Shown: positions 16,923 through 26,628, counted from the first letter of the stretch. The stretch is 64,000 bases of DNA from Pseudobdellovibrionaceae bacterium (GCA_039810425.1 JBDHWW010000003.1:4121-68120); one strand, 5' to 3'. The notes: generated by a model not told the origin, from the letters alone. A program made the numbers and translations.

Positions 16923-17615
16923 TTATTTTTTATTAAGACCTTTTAAACGGATCTTAGCCTTTTTTGCTTCGTTAGAATCTGGAGATTTGGTAACGAGCTC
17001 ATCATAGAATGTCTTGGCTTCATCTTTCATACTTAACTCTTGGAAAGACACGCCCATTTTGTATGTAGCCTCGTTGAACTTTTTGCCTTTGGGGTTTTCA
17101 TCGCGATATTTCTGATAGTTCAAGATCGCTTTTTTCCAATCCTTTTGTTCGAAAGCCTCTTGGCCGAGCTCATAGGCACTTTTCTTGGCTTCTGTGGCGG
17201 CTTTCGCCTGGGCCGCAGACGCCTGAGCGAGGGCAGCGGCTTTTTCAGCCTTTAAAGCGTTTACTTCAGCACTTAATTGGAAAACTGTTTTTTCGAGATT
17301 GCTGAGACCATCTTGTAAAAGAAGAATCTTCTTGTTGGCGTCTGCTGAAGAATCAGCGGCGAACTTCTTCGCAGCTTCCGCTTCTTGCGAGCCTTGGCCT
17401 TTTTGGTGCTCAAGCACTTCTACACGGCCTCTCAAGCCACGCACGTCCTCTTCAATATCCGAGAAGCGGCTCGCAGAGTCCGCGGAAGCCCTTTGCATTT
17501 TTGTGACCTCTTGCTGAATCACTTGTTTTTGCTCGGTTTCGCGCACGTCTGTACGGGTTTTCAAACAGCCAGTGAGGCCGAGGCACAAAATACATGCAGG
17601 AAGTAACCACTTCAT
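16923..17615 (-). CDS. cpoB: CpoB/YbgF-like Tol-Pal-associated protein (coiled coil + TPR), lipoprotein form
   Basis: Lipobox LGLTGC, a long coiled coil, then a TPR-like end (AYELGQEAFEQKDWKKAILNYQKYRDENPKGKKFNEATYKMGVSFQEL). Position is downstream of pal. Confidence 0.7.
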   Translation of the reverse strand: MKWLLPACILCLGLTGCLKTRTDVRETEQKQVIQQEVTKMQRASADSASRFSDIEEDVRGLRGRVEVLEHQKGQGSQEAEAAKKFAADSSADANKKILLLQDGLSNLEKTVFQLSAEVNALKAEKAAALAQASAAQAKAATEAKKSAYELGQEAFEQKDWKKAILNYQKYRDENPKGKKFNEATYKMGVSFQELSMKDEAKTFYDELVTKSPDSNEAKKAKIRLKGLNKK

Positions 17616-17920
17616 AAAACATCTCCTGTTTTTTGACGGATCAGGCGAGCTGAGTTTTCCGCTTTTTCAGCGGCCATCCTTGCTTTAATAAAAGCATCAC
17701 GTGCCTGGATGTAATCTCTGTCTTTGTAGTACAACCGGCCTTGTCGGTAGGCCTCGTCAGCTTGGTGCCAGTAGCCTGGTGAGTGGCGGGGGGCTTGGAC
17801 TGCCCGAGCGGCTTCAATCGCGGCGCGGGCCAGAGTATACTCTTCAATCGGTTGGGGGACCGTTTGGCAGCTCACTAAGAGAGCCAACATCGTCACTGCT
17901 AGAACAACAAATCCCCTCAC
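17612..17920 (-). CDS. DUF4398-like small lipoprotein
   Basis: Lipobox ALLVSC and a helical Ala/Arg-rich body (ARAAIEAARAVQAPRHSPGYWHQADEAYRQGRLYYKDRDY). ATGA overlap with cpoB. Confidence 0.65.
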   Translation of the reverse strand: MRGFVVLAVTMLALLVSCQTVPQPIEEYTLARAAIEAARAVQAPRHSPGYWHQADEAYRQGRLYYKDRDYIQARDAFIKARMAAEKAENSARLIRQKTGDVL

Positions 17921-17939
17921 CCGAAAATTCCTTTAACTA

Positions 17940-18449
17940 TTATTGCTGAACTGGCAAGAAGTTCGCGCGACGGTTTTTTGCGTTCGCAGCTTCGCTCTCA
18001 CCTGCTTCAACAGGTTTTTCTTTTCCGTAGCTGATCACAGACAAACGAGCCGCTGGAACACCCAAACTTACCAAGTAAGCTTTAACCGCGTTAGCGCGTC
18101 TTTCGCCCAATGCCAAGTTGTACTCGATAGTCCCACGCGCATCGCAGTGACCTTCGACTTGAACTTTGTAGCCACCGTTCTTTTTAATCCAATCCGCATT
18201 GCCTTGGAGGATCTTCTTATTCTCAGCATCGATGCTGGATTTGTCATATGCAAAATGCACCGTCTCAAGTCCAGGGATCTTACCGCTGTCACTGCCGGCA
18301 GTATCAAAACTCATTGGAGTTGATTCCACAGCCGTCTCAGACGTTGGAGTGGTGATAGGTGTTGATTCAACATCGGACTTCGTTTGTTTGCCTTTACAAG
18401 CAACTACCAAAGCGACTGCAGCAAAAGCGAACGTCAATTTACGTAACAT
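17940..18449 (-). CDS. pal: peptidoglycan-associated lipoprotein Pal (OmpA family)
   Basis: Lipobox LVVAC. OmpA-C motifs VHFAYDKSSI...VEGHCDARGTIEYNLALGERRANAVKAYLVSLGV. Confidence 0.9.
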   Translation of the reverse strand: MLRKLTFAFAAVALVVACKGKQTKSDVESTPITTPTSETAVESTPMSFDTAGSDSGKIPGLETVHFAYDKSSIDAENKKILQGNADWIKKNGGYKVQVEGHCDARGTIEYNLALGERRANAVKAYLVSLGVPAARLSVISYGKEKPVEAGESEAANAKNRRANFLPVQQ

Positions 18450-18570
18450 CGTTACTCCTCCTTAAAGTTTTTGACCTTTAAAACTTTAAGCCATGATGGG
18501 TTATTGTCAAACCATATCAATTAGTTGTTTCGATATTGATGTTGCGTTGCCATGCGGTGATACTGAGCCC

Positions 18571-21507
18571 ATGAAATTGAAAAATCTGTTATTTTTTGCG
18601 GCAGTCTTAGTCACAGCATCCTTCTTTTCCGCTCCCAGCTTGGCTCTCGAATTCCCTCCGAGTTGGAAGGTCAAGAAAATCACTACACCTCACTTTGAAG
18701 TGATTTATAATGCCGAGCAGCAAGAGCTGGGTGATCTTTACGCGCGCCAATTAGAGCGGGCCTACAGCGCGCTCTCTCCAATTTTCGCCGCCCAGCCCGA
18801 GAAAACTCTCGTGATCATCAATGACAAAACAGATGCGACCAATGGTTATGCGACTCGCATCCCTTATCCACATATCATGACGTATCCAGTTCTGCCTGGA
18901 CCGCAGGAAAGCTTAAGCGAAGCCGGCGATTGGTCTTTGGAACTTCTTGCACACGAATACACGCACATTCTCACATTTGAACCAGCGACCGGAGTTTTCC
19001 GTGTCCTGCGCGGAGTCCTCGGCAGCATTGCTTCGCCGAATATTCTTTTGCCGAACTGGTGGAAGGAAGGTCTCGCCGTTCAAGTAGAGTCCATGCTCGA
19101 ACCTAAAGGTGGCCGCTTGAAATCCCTGTACCAAGATGCGGCGATCCGCGCGATGGCGGATGATAACAGTTTGCAAAGTTATGACGTTGCACAAATCAAC
19201 GAGTTCATCCCCTCATGGCCCGAAGGCATGCGTCCTTACATGTTTGGTTCGATTTTCTGGAGCCAAGCCGTCGAGGAAAACGGCAAAGAGGTTATGAATA
19301 ACCTCAACATGCGCCACTCTTCGCGTATACCTTACTTTATCGATGCGCCGGCCGAAGATTTACTGAAACTTGACTACGAAGATTTCTATCAAAAGGCCCT
19401 CAGCACGACGAACACGATGGCGCAAGAGCAATTAAAATCTCTGCGAGCCACACCCACCACGGAGATTCACAGGCTGCCGCTAAAAGCAAAATACTCTTCC
19501 TCACCGGCAATCAGCGATGACGGCAAGTACTTGGCACTGATTACTGTCGATTACAAAGCCGATCGTGTGATTGATATTTTCATTCGTGATCCAAAGACAA
19601 AAGTTATTAGCAAGAAACTGCAAGTCGAAATCAAAAAAGAAGATGAGCCTCTCACGCCGAAAGATAATAACGACGGCCCGCCTTCAGGCAGCATCCAAAA
19701 GATCGCATGGTTCCATAAGACGCCGAAATTGATTTACGATCAGCTTCGCTACCTGAACCGCATTGAACGCTACTCGGAACTATACTCTTACGACCTCGAC
19801 ACCGGCAAAAGCAAACGTTTGACGACGGGCTTGCGCGGGCGCGAACCGTCCGTGTCCCCGGATGATGATAAAATCGTCTTCGTCCGTCTTGAAGGTGGAC
19901 GCACCCGCCTTGCAGTTTACGATCTGGCGACCGGAAAAGCCGAGATCCTCTTTAGCCCCCCCCTGCAAGAGCGTATCTCTTCACCGGCCTACATGAATGC
20001 GGACACGATCATCTTTGCGCTTCGTAACAGCCAAGGCGAGGAAGGCCTGTGGACCTACTCGCTCAAAGACAAAACCACCGCGCAAGTTTTAACATCATTC
20101 ACACAAGCGCGCTTTCCGAGTGTTACGAAAAACGGTTTGATGTTCACGGCGTCAAACAACGGCGTGCACAACCTTTATCTGGCAAATGCCGGGATGACTT
20201 CGGCAAAACCGGTGACTCATGTGGCAACCATGGTCAGCTCCTCAGCGTTGGACCCACAAACAGACAACCTCTATGCCACTTATATGTCATCCATGGGTCC
20301 GATGGTGGTCATGATCGCGGCCGATAGCTGGAAGAAAACTCCGGCGGCGCTGCCTCAAGTCGATGGGCTGTTTGCAAAACGCTATCAGAGGACACTCGTG
20401 CCTGCTGAAATGCCGACGGCGGACGAAACAAAATTCGAAGTCAGCGATTATAGCCCCTGGGGCTACTTGTGGCCGCGCTACTGGATTCCATATATTTGGA
20501 CTTCACCTGAGGGCGGTATCGTCATTCAGGCACAGACCTCCGGCTTCGATCCGCTTCATCGCCATTCTTACGATGTCCTTGTCGACTGGAATACTTATCT
20601 TAAAGCCTTTGACTGGTCCGTAAGCTATTTGAACAACACCACGAACCTTCCAGTTCAAGTCACGAGCGCGCAAACACACTCTTACTTGGTGGAACGTGAA
20701 AATCTCGTGAAAGATACTTTGGCGCAAGTCTCTGCCTTACCGGACATCTGGAGCCTTAGCGAGAAACTCACTCTGGGGCTTGGCTGGCGTTATCTCGAGA
20801 GAACGGTGGTCAGCAGCCCGACGACAAAACGCACGGGCCCCTTTGGCTCATTGATCTACAAAAACTTCACTCAGGGAGGAGAACAGTTTACTCCGCAAGA
20901 AGGTGGTGGCGCTTATCTGATGGCCGTGGACTACATCGCGGGCAAAGGCCTGATGAATCATTCGCAGTTCCAAACAGGTGGCGTCTACTATTTTTCGACG
21001 TGGTTGCCGAAACTGCACTCAATAATGGCCCGAGCAAGCGTGCTTTACACGCCTGAGAAAATCGCCGCGATTTACGGAACCCAGTCGGCCTCGATGGATT
21101 TTGACGGCTCGGATTTGATGTCCAAGTTCCTCGCCCGTGGCTACTCGACTGGTCAGTTCATTGGCCGCAACATGTACAATGCGAGCCTCGAGTACCGCCT
21201 GCCGATTTGGGACATGTACAAAGGCAAAGGGACCTGGGCGTTCTTTGCCCGCCGCCTTTACGCCGCGTTGACTATGGATGCCCTTTCAACCGACGGCTTT
21301 GCTTATGAAATCGTTAATGGCACTTTTGCGGCTAATGCGGTGACGGCGCATGATATTTTCATGAGCTACGGCTTTGAAGGGCACTTGGAAACGTCGATTG
21401 GCTACGAATTCCCGCTGAACTTCGTTTTTGGTGTCTACCAAGGTTCCAATAAAAAGTACACGCCAGACCCGACAGCAGGCCTTGCCATCCAATTCGGAGG
21501 CTTTTAG
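18571..21507 (+). CDS. 978-aa outer-membrane protein: HExxH peptidase-like N-domain + TolB-like beta-propeller + C-terminal beta-barrel
   Basis: Signal peptide MKLKNLLFFAAVLVTASFFSAPSLA. HEYTH motif (LELLAHEYTHIL). Propeller-like repeats (SPAISDDGKYLALI, EPSVSPDDDKIVFV, RFPSVTKNGLMFTA). C-terminal strands end in ...AIQFGGF. Confidence 0.7.
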   Translation: MKLKNLLFFAAVLVTASFFSAPSLALEFPPSWKVKKITTPHFEVIYNAEQQELGDLYARQLERAYSALSPIFAAQPEKTLVIINDKTDATNGYATRIPYPHIMTYPVLPGPQESLSEAGDWSLELLAHEYTHILTFEPATGVFRVLRGVLGSIASPNILLPNWWKEGLAVQVESMLEPKGGRLKSLYQDAAIRAMADDNSLQSYDVAQINEFIPSWPEGMRPYMFGSIFWSQAVEENGKEVMNNLNMRHSSRIPYFIDAPAEDLLKLDYEDFYQKALSTTNTMAQEQLKSLRATPTTEIHRLPLKAKYSSSPAISDDGKYLALITVDYKADRVIDIFIRDPKTKVISKKLQVEIKKEDEPLTPKDNNDGPPSGSIQKIAWFHKTPKLIYDQLRYLNRIERYSELYSYDLDTGKSKRLTTGLRGREPSVSPDDDKIVFVRLEGGRTRLAVYDLATGKAEILFSPPLQERISSPAYMNADTIIFALRNSQGEEGLWTYSLKDKTTAQVLTSFTQARFPSVTKNGLMFTASNNGVHNLYLANAGMTSAKPVTHVATMVSSSALDPQTDNLYATYMSSMGPMVVMIAADSWKKTPAALPQVDGLFAKRYQRTLVPAEMPTADETKFEVSDYSPWGYLWPRYWIPYIWTSPEGGIVIQAQTSGFDPLHRHSYDVLVDWNTYLKAFDWSVSYLNNTTNLPVQVTSAQTHSYLVERENLVKDTLAQVSALPDIWSLSEKLTLGLGWRYLERTVVSSPTTKRTGPFGSLIYKNFTQGGEQFTPQEGGGAYLMAVDYIAGKGLMNHSQFQTGGVYYFSTWLPKLHSIMARASVLYTPEKIAAIYGTQSASMDFDGSDLMSKFLARGYSTGQFIGRNMYNASLEYRLPIWDMYKGKGTWAFFARRLYAALTMDALSTDGFAYEIVNGTFAANAVTAHDIFMSYGFEGHLETSIGYEFPLNFVFGVYQGSNKKYTPDPTAGLAIQFGGF

Positions 21508-21590
21508 CGCTGCACGTTGTCGGCTCTCCACAAGGACCCCTTGACAATGATCCAGGTCGTCGAAAACACTGGAAATACCTGGAGGGGTGC

Positions 21591-22106
21591 ATGGAGAAAA
21601 TCAGCTGGATTAAAGAACTTGTGAAAGCTGAACAACAAATGGAAGAGTCTGGTCTCGTGGACATGACTTTTGGGTTCGACCCAGAACGCGTTCTCGTGAC
21701 CGAAAGCATCCAATTTCTCATGAACCTCAAAACCGAGTTCGTGGATGCTTCCACCAATTTTAATGAGTTGAAACCTTCTGCTCTCGGACGCATCAAAATT
21801 TATGGGATCGCGAAGACTCACGCAGACTTCATGCTTTTCCGTAATGGCTATAAAATGATTTTCTCATTGAAAGCCCCAGGTCAGATCAGTGTTCGATTCA
21901 ATTTCATCGGTACAAATTACATCCCCACTCCGGGAGCCCCAGAGAGCACTCCGGCGGCAAACGCGAACGTGATGGATGAAAATGTCGTTGAAGCAAAGTG
22001 GGCTGCTTTCGAAGAGCTCATCTGGACTTATCGTGGACAGACTGTGAAAATGGAATACATGGTTCGCCACTACCTCACTCAATTCATCCGCGAAAGCTCT
22101 AAATAG
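21591..22106 (+). CDS. hypothetical cytoplasmic protein (171 aa)
   Basis: Clean ORF without a signal peptide. No motif recognised. Confidence 0.6.
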   Translation: MEKISWIKELVKAEQQMEESGLVDMTFGFDPERVLVTESIQFLMNLKTEFVDASTNFNELKPSALGRIKIYGIAKTHADFMLFRNGYKMIFSLKAPGQISVRFNFIGTNYIPTPGAPESTPAANANVMDENVVEAKWAAFEELIWTYRGQTVKMEYMVRHYLTQFIRESSK

Positions 22107-22121
22107 TTTTAGAGTCCTGGA

Positions 22122-22144
22122 CTTATAAATTGTCCGCAGTTCGC
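22122..22144 (+). other. 9-bp stem hairpin between genes (terminator-like, no U-tract)
   Basis: ATTGTCCGC-agttc-GCGGACAAT. Confidence 0.35.
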
Positions 22145-22160
22145 GGACAATAGAGCTAAG

Positions 22161-22676
22161 ATGAAATCAAAGCTTTGTATTTATATCTTTGTTGGCCTGG
22201 GTTTTATCAATAGCGCTTTTGCTGCTGATATCTGTGCTAAAAACGGCAAAGACCTAGCTCTCTTGAAAGACTCTTTTCCTCGATTTTTTCAGTCACAAAC
22301 AGAAATCCACTTCGCTCGCTCAGAAACTCCGGTGGCGTATCTCAGTGTGACAGTATCTCCGGATAAAATAGCCGGCGAAGCAAAGTACAAAATTCCGATC
22401 TTCGGGATCAAGCAAGAAAAAGGCTATGCGACGAGTCTATGCTACAACAAAGACAATGGCGAGCTAAAAATCGAACTCGATAACGGCAAAGAATTCAAAG
22501 TGAAACTTATCAACGACAATCCGCCCGACGCCACTGTCACTATTAAAGGTTACGAGATGACTCGCAAACCAGCCGAGTACAATAAAGCCATGGCGATCTT
22601 AAATAGCACAAGCTCAAGCTCTTCGTCTTCATCAGGCGGATCTAGCGACAATAACAATAATGGAGGTGCTCAATGA
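22161..22676 (+). CDS. small secreted protein with a poly-Ser/Asn tail
   Basis: Signal peptide MKSKLCIYIFVGLGFINSAFA. C-terminus STSSSSSSSSGGSSDNNNNGGAQ. AT-richer by eye. Confidence 0.65.
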   Translation: MKSKLCIYIFVGLGFINSAFAADICAKNGKDLALLKDSFPRFFQSQTEIHFARSETPVAYLSVTVSPDKIAGEAKYKIPIFGIKQEKGYATSLCYNKDNGELKIELDNGKEFKVKLINDNPPDATVTIKGYEMTRKPAEYNKAMAILNSTSSSSSSSSGGSSDNNNNGGAQ

Positions 22677-23173
22677 TGTCTTTCGTAGTCAGCACACTTC
22701 TCAGTCTGTCCTTTGCAGCGACCACGCCAGTTCAATCCAAAGAAGAGATCAAGTTCATCTCTAAAACAGACAATAAACTCTTGGATACTTTTAAAACCGA
22801 CGCTTACATCGGTACGATCGGCCGCATAGACGAGAAAGCTCATGATCTGAGCCTCGTCGATCTTTATGCTTTTAAGGATAACGGCAAAATTTCGATGAAC
22901 GAGAATCTTTGTAAGGATTATCTCAAGCAAGTCTATGGGCCGCTTGATAAAATCACTTTGAAAGTAAAGTACATCACAGTTTATAAATCGCACACGGGCA
23001 ATACGTGCGAAGCCCAAGCGGATGATCCTGACCAAAAGAGTTCGATTCCTGAGCGTAGAATCATCATCGGCTTCTTGAACGCGAAACCGTATGCGATCGA
23101 ATTTAATCTTGCTAAGAAATCCACTCCAGACGTTCAAGAGAACATCCGCAAATTCTGGGACAGCCTACGCTAG
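22673..23173 (+). CDS. small secreted protein, translationally coupled to the preceding gene
   Basis: ATGATG overlaps the upstream stop (4-nt overlap). Short signal-like N-terminus MMSFVVSTLLSLSFAATTP. Confidence 0.6.
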   Translation: MMSFVVSTLLSLSFAATTPVQSKEEIKFISKTDNKLLDTFKTDAYIGTIGRIDEKAHDLSLVDLYAFKDNGKISMNENLCKDYLKQVYGPLDKITLKVKYITVYKSHTGNTCEAQADDPDQKSSIPERRIIIGFLNAKPYAIEFNLAKKSTPDVQENIRKFWDSLR

Positions 23174-24471
23174 TGAGTTGTCGCCTCGGCCTGCTTCGTA
23201 AGAGCTTCGGGCTGAGGCAGAGGGCGCTTTGTCTGGTAAATATGTAAAGCTAAGTAGCCAAATACCAGCCAGTAAAACCGGTCGGCCATTCCGCCGAGTG
23301 ATAAGTGCCAGTGATAAATAATCAGAATCGGAATCTGCACCGCCGCGTAGATTCCAAAGATGTGCATGACCGAGTTCTCGGACATCAAAACCTTGACCGA
23401 CATCGCCACCAGTAACAGTAAAAATATCCCCGTCCAAACAATAAAGGGCCAACCACCGACGACACCGGCAGAGGCAAAAATATTGTGCGGATCTTTGAAT
23501 GAGTTGTAGCTTTCAACATTGAGATCGTCTTTACCCGAGAATTTCGACAGCAAGCCCTGCCCGATCCATGGACTCGTTTGGAAGTACTCCCAGCCGCGTT
23601 CGACCTCTTCCATGCGGCTAGCGACACCGTCTTGAGCTTCGCGATCGACGAGGCCTTTTTTGCCGGTGGCAATGTCACTCGCATATTCGGCCATCTGCGC
23701 ACCAAAAAGCACCAAAGTGACAGTCATAATGAGTGCGGCTGAAAACTTAAAGAAGCGAAAGCCCGCGTGCTTCGTCGGAACTCTTAAAAGCCATAAAACC
23801 CACGCCATCATCACAGCCGCTAACGCCGAACGAGTTCCCGTGAGGACCAATGCCACAACGCTGAGGAGAATGCCAATGATCCACAATACTCTGACCCAAG
23901 ACCTTTTTGTCTGTTGCAAACACGCCAGTGGAAAGACAGCTCCGACCGTCGCGCAGGTCACCATGTAAGGAATGTGCTTAAAGATGCCGATAAAGCGGCC
24001 GCCTTTGAAAGTCAGATCCGGGCGTACCGCAAGCAGCACCAATGAGAGAACAACGAAGATCACCGAACAGAAACTGAGGAATCGTATTGCTTTCTTAGGA
24101 TCCAGCATCGCGGGCAAGAAAACTCCAAACAAAACAACGATCCAGTACGTAGACGCCAGCGCTGCCCACCCATAGAGACCCTTATGGTTATCCATAAAGA
24201 TAAATTGCAGAAGCGTTTCTAAAAAGAGCGTCAGCAGAAGCACAATCACAAGCGAGCGATAGACTTTGCCGAGTTTATTCAAACGGTCATGATGATGAAG
24301 AGTGTAGAAAACTAACGGCAGCCCCAGCAGAAAACTCAGAATGATGTTCATATACGGATGCAAACCGTGCTGAAAGATGATGACAGAGACCTGCGAAGGA
24401 ATCCCCATCCACGTCAGCGACAGTTTCGAGACGAACACCAAAAAGAGGAGTGCCAGAGCCCAGAAAGCCAT
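23170..24471 (-). CDS. O-antigen ligase (Wzy_C) family membrane protein
   Basis: About 10-12 TM segments and a Wzy_C-like core ...LVLTGTRSALAAVMMAWVLWLL... with a large loop carrying ...RGWEYFQTSPWIGQGL... Confidence 0.7.
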   Translation of the reverse strand: MAFWALALLFLVFVSKLSLTWMGIPSQVSVIIFQHGLHPYMNIILSFLLGLPLVFYTLHHHDRLNKLGKVYRSLVIVLLLTLFLETLLQFIFMDNHKGLYGWAALASTYWIVVLFGVFLPAMLDPKKAIRFLSFCSVIFVVLSLVLLAVRPDLTFKGGRFIGIFKHIPYMVTCATVGAVFPLACLQQTKRSWVRVLWIIGILLSVVALVLTGTRSALAAVMMAWVLWLLRVPTKHAGFRFFKFSAALIMTVTLVLFGAQMAEYASDIATGKKGLVDREAQDGVASRMEEVERGWEYFQTSPWIGQGLLSKFSGKDDLNVESYNSFKDPHNIFASAGVVGGWPFIVWTGIFLLLLVAMSVKVLMSENSVMHIFGIYAAVQIPILIIYHWHLSLGGMADRFYWLVFGYLALHIYQTKRPLPQPEALTKQAEATTH

Positions 24472-25037
24472 TACTGTTTTTCGTTGCTGTATTTACTAAT
24501 GAGAAGCCCCGTCAGGGCAATACTCATCACCACCGACACCAGTGTGATCGCTTTGCTGGCCTCGGGACTCACAAGCATTTCCCTTGGCGGAACGTAAATC
24601 AAATCTTCATGGTTCATTTTTAAGATATCGCCGCCCCCTTGTTTGATAAGTTCTTGGACATCGACCTCATAAGTCCCCCGATGCTCATCCACGGCTTTGG
24701 AGTGAACGCCGGACCACCTCTCCGGCTCTTGTTTGCGAACCAAGACGTCAGAGATATCGCCCCCGTTCGTACTGCCGCCCGCAAGAGTCAGAACCTTCAA
24801 TAGATCCGTGTTACTCGGCACATAGTAGACCCCGGGTTTTTGAACAGCGCCAAGTAACTGGACCGAGATCAAGGACTCTTTCGGCGAAGAGCGATACATA
24901 TATTCCGACGCTTGCGCTGGCGTTTTAATATCGCCAATCGCGCCCAAATCCATCGTCGACGCCGCCGTAGAGACAGACGTCCAAAAAGTTAAGAAAACCA
25001 TCAGGAATTTCAACAGCTTCTTCGCCACTATATTCAC
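24471..25037 (-). CDS. polysaccharide export protein (SLBB-domain, Wza-like short form)
   Basis: SVQLLGAVQKPGVYYVPSNTDLLKVLTLAGGST is an SLBB/soluble-ligand-binding beta-grasp motif. N-terminal signal and C-terminal TM. Confidence 0.65.
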   Translation of the reverse strand: MNIVAKKLLKFLMVFLTFWTSVSTAASTMDLGAIGDIKTPAQASEYMYRSSPKESLISVQLLGAVQKPGVYYVPSNTDLLKVLTLAGGSTNGGDISDVLVRKQEPERWSGVHSKAVDEHRGTYEVDVQELIKQGGGDILKMNHEDLIYVPPREMLVSPEASKAITLVSVVMSIALTGLLISKYSNEKQ

Positions 25038-25123
25038 GGTAAAATCCTCCCCGTTGCTCTTTCCTAGACCTGTTGGGATACAAATATAATTGCCCGGACC
25101 TTCGCCGAGAAGTGAAGATTTAG

Positions 25124-26176
25124 GTGACGGATTCTAGCCCTCCGTTTAGCCTTATACCTATGACGAGTCCAGTACCAGAGCACGAAAAATTATTCGACGA
25201 AATCAGTAACAAACTCAATGAGCTCAGCCAGCGCTATCAGGATGGCCCTACAGCCGAAGAAGCACCGTCTCAACAGCAGAGATTGGAGCGGATGCAGGAT
25301 CAGTTGAAGAAATTCAGAACTGATATGCAGGGCAACAATAATGAGATGATTGAGAAGATTAAAAGTCTTGAAAATGTGAATTTTTCGCAAAACGAGATCA
25401 CGGGGCAGCTGCGCCAAATCACGGAGCAACTGAACCATGAGCGCATGACGAACTCCAAACTCAGCGCAGACTTGGCAAAATCCTTGGAACTCTGCTTGCA
25501 ACTACAGCTTGAGATCCAAGGTTTAAAGGCCCGTTCAATGGCGATCCAAACTGAAGACAAAAAATTCTCAAACTCACTCATCGAAAAAAACCGCGTTCTG
25601 CAGCGTGAGCTGGACCTCTCGCAAGCACTCAAAGGCGAAATGGCGATGGAAATGGCTAAAGCCAAGAGCGCGATGCAAAGAGAGCAACAAACTTGGGTTG
25701 AGACGAGCCAAGGCTTGCAAAGTCAAATCGCGGAACTGAATAAAGAAAAAGCGGAGATGCTGGCCTCCATTGAAGAACTCAATGGCATGATGGATGAGAA
25801 AGATCTGCAGATCGCTAACTTGAGCATGGATATCGAAAAAATCTCCACCTCCTTCAACGAAGTAGAATCTTCAGCAGTTCAACAAAGTGATGTTCTTAAA
25901 AACCTGATGGCCGTTGCTGAAACGAAGATCGTAGAAATGAAACTCGCTTTGGACAAAAAGCATAGCGAAGCCGCGGACTACTACAGCCACTTGCAAAAGG
26001 CGCTGGCTCAAGTGAATGTTCTGGCTCAGGAGAACATGACTTTGAAAGACTATGTGAATAAGCTGAATTACTACCATCAGCAGACACAAGCCGTGCAACA
26101 GGCTCAAGCGCAGTTGCAACAGCAAGCCCAGCAAATGCAGCAACCGCCGCCTCAACAGCAGCTAAGCAGCCAGTAG
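25124..26176 (+). CDS. coiled-coil protein with a Gln-rich tail
   Basis: Heptad-rich throughout. The end is QAVQQAQAQLQQQAQQMQQPPPQQQLSSQ. The track start is GTG. Alternative ATG at 25160. Confidence 0.6.
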   Translation: MTDSSPPFSLIPMTSPVPEHEKLFDEISNKLNELSQRYQDGPTAEEAPSQQQRLERMQDQLKKFRTDMQGNNNEMIEKIKSLENVNFSQNEITGQLRQITEQLNHERMTNSKLSADLAKSLELCLQLQLEIQGLKARSMAIQTEDKKFSNSLIEKNRVLQRELDLSQALKGEMAMEMAKAKSAMQREQQTWVETSQGLQSQIAELNKEKAEMLASIEELNGMMDEKDLQIANLSMDIEKISTSFNEVESSAVQQSDVLKNLMAVAETKIVEMKLALDKKHSEAADYYSHLQKALAQVNVLAQENMTLKDYVNKLNYYHQQTQAVQQAQAQLQQQAQQMQQPPPQQQLSSQ

Positions 26177-26366
26177 CAAAACCAGCACCAGCAGCACTTT
26201 AGTAAATCTTTGAATACCGAAAAGAAATTACCTTGGTTCTTTTCCTAGAGTGCGTTTCAGCTCCACTTTGGAACCGGGCTGACGGAAATCAGACATTTAT
26301 TTCTGTTTACAAACCCGCGAGCGGTGTGAGAGTATGAGCTTAGTTCTATTGAAAGGAGGCTGCGAT

Positions 26367-26447
26367 ATGATTACACACATTGACTACTCGACTACAGAAT
26401 CCGGGATGAATTCTCAACTCCCCGTGGCCTTCCGAGTCGTCCGTTAG
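26367..26447 (+). CDS. candidate 26-aa micro-ORF behind a consensus Shine-Dalgarno
   Basis: GAAAGGAGG lies 7 nt upstream of ATG 26367. The translation is MITHIDYSTTESGMNSQLPVAFRVVR*. It sits in an otherwise empty 480-bp spacer that ends in a strong terminator. Confidence 0.25.
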   Translation: MITHIDYSTTESGMNSQLPVAFRVVR

Positions 26448-26628
26448 GTTTTATCACTATCAGTTCAACCACATTTTAATACTTAAATAAAACTTTCAGA
26501 GCGGTCTGTTAACTACCGACCGTCCGGAATTTTAATTCAACTCTCGTCTGGAGTTTGCTTTATCGGCCATAAAGCGCTTTGGCGATGCTAACTTGACAGC
26601 GATTAGCCTTCAAGCTGATTGCAACGAC

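Noticed and set aside
26565-26580. Additional perfect GCCGATAA octamers (minus strand near 26570, 13771..13778 and 32894; + strand 10196..10203 and 40155; others in coding DNA) as sigma-28 promoters
   Set aside because: None has a TAAA/TCAA element at the required N15 distance. The octamer is frequent enough here (about 8 copies) that -10 matches alone are not evidence. Only 44402..44428 is strong, 9255..9285 is moderate and 39255..39282 is weak.
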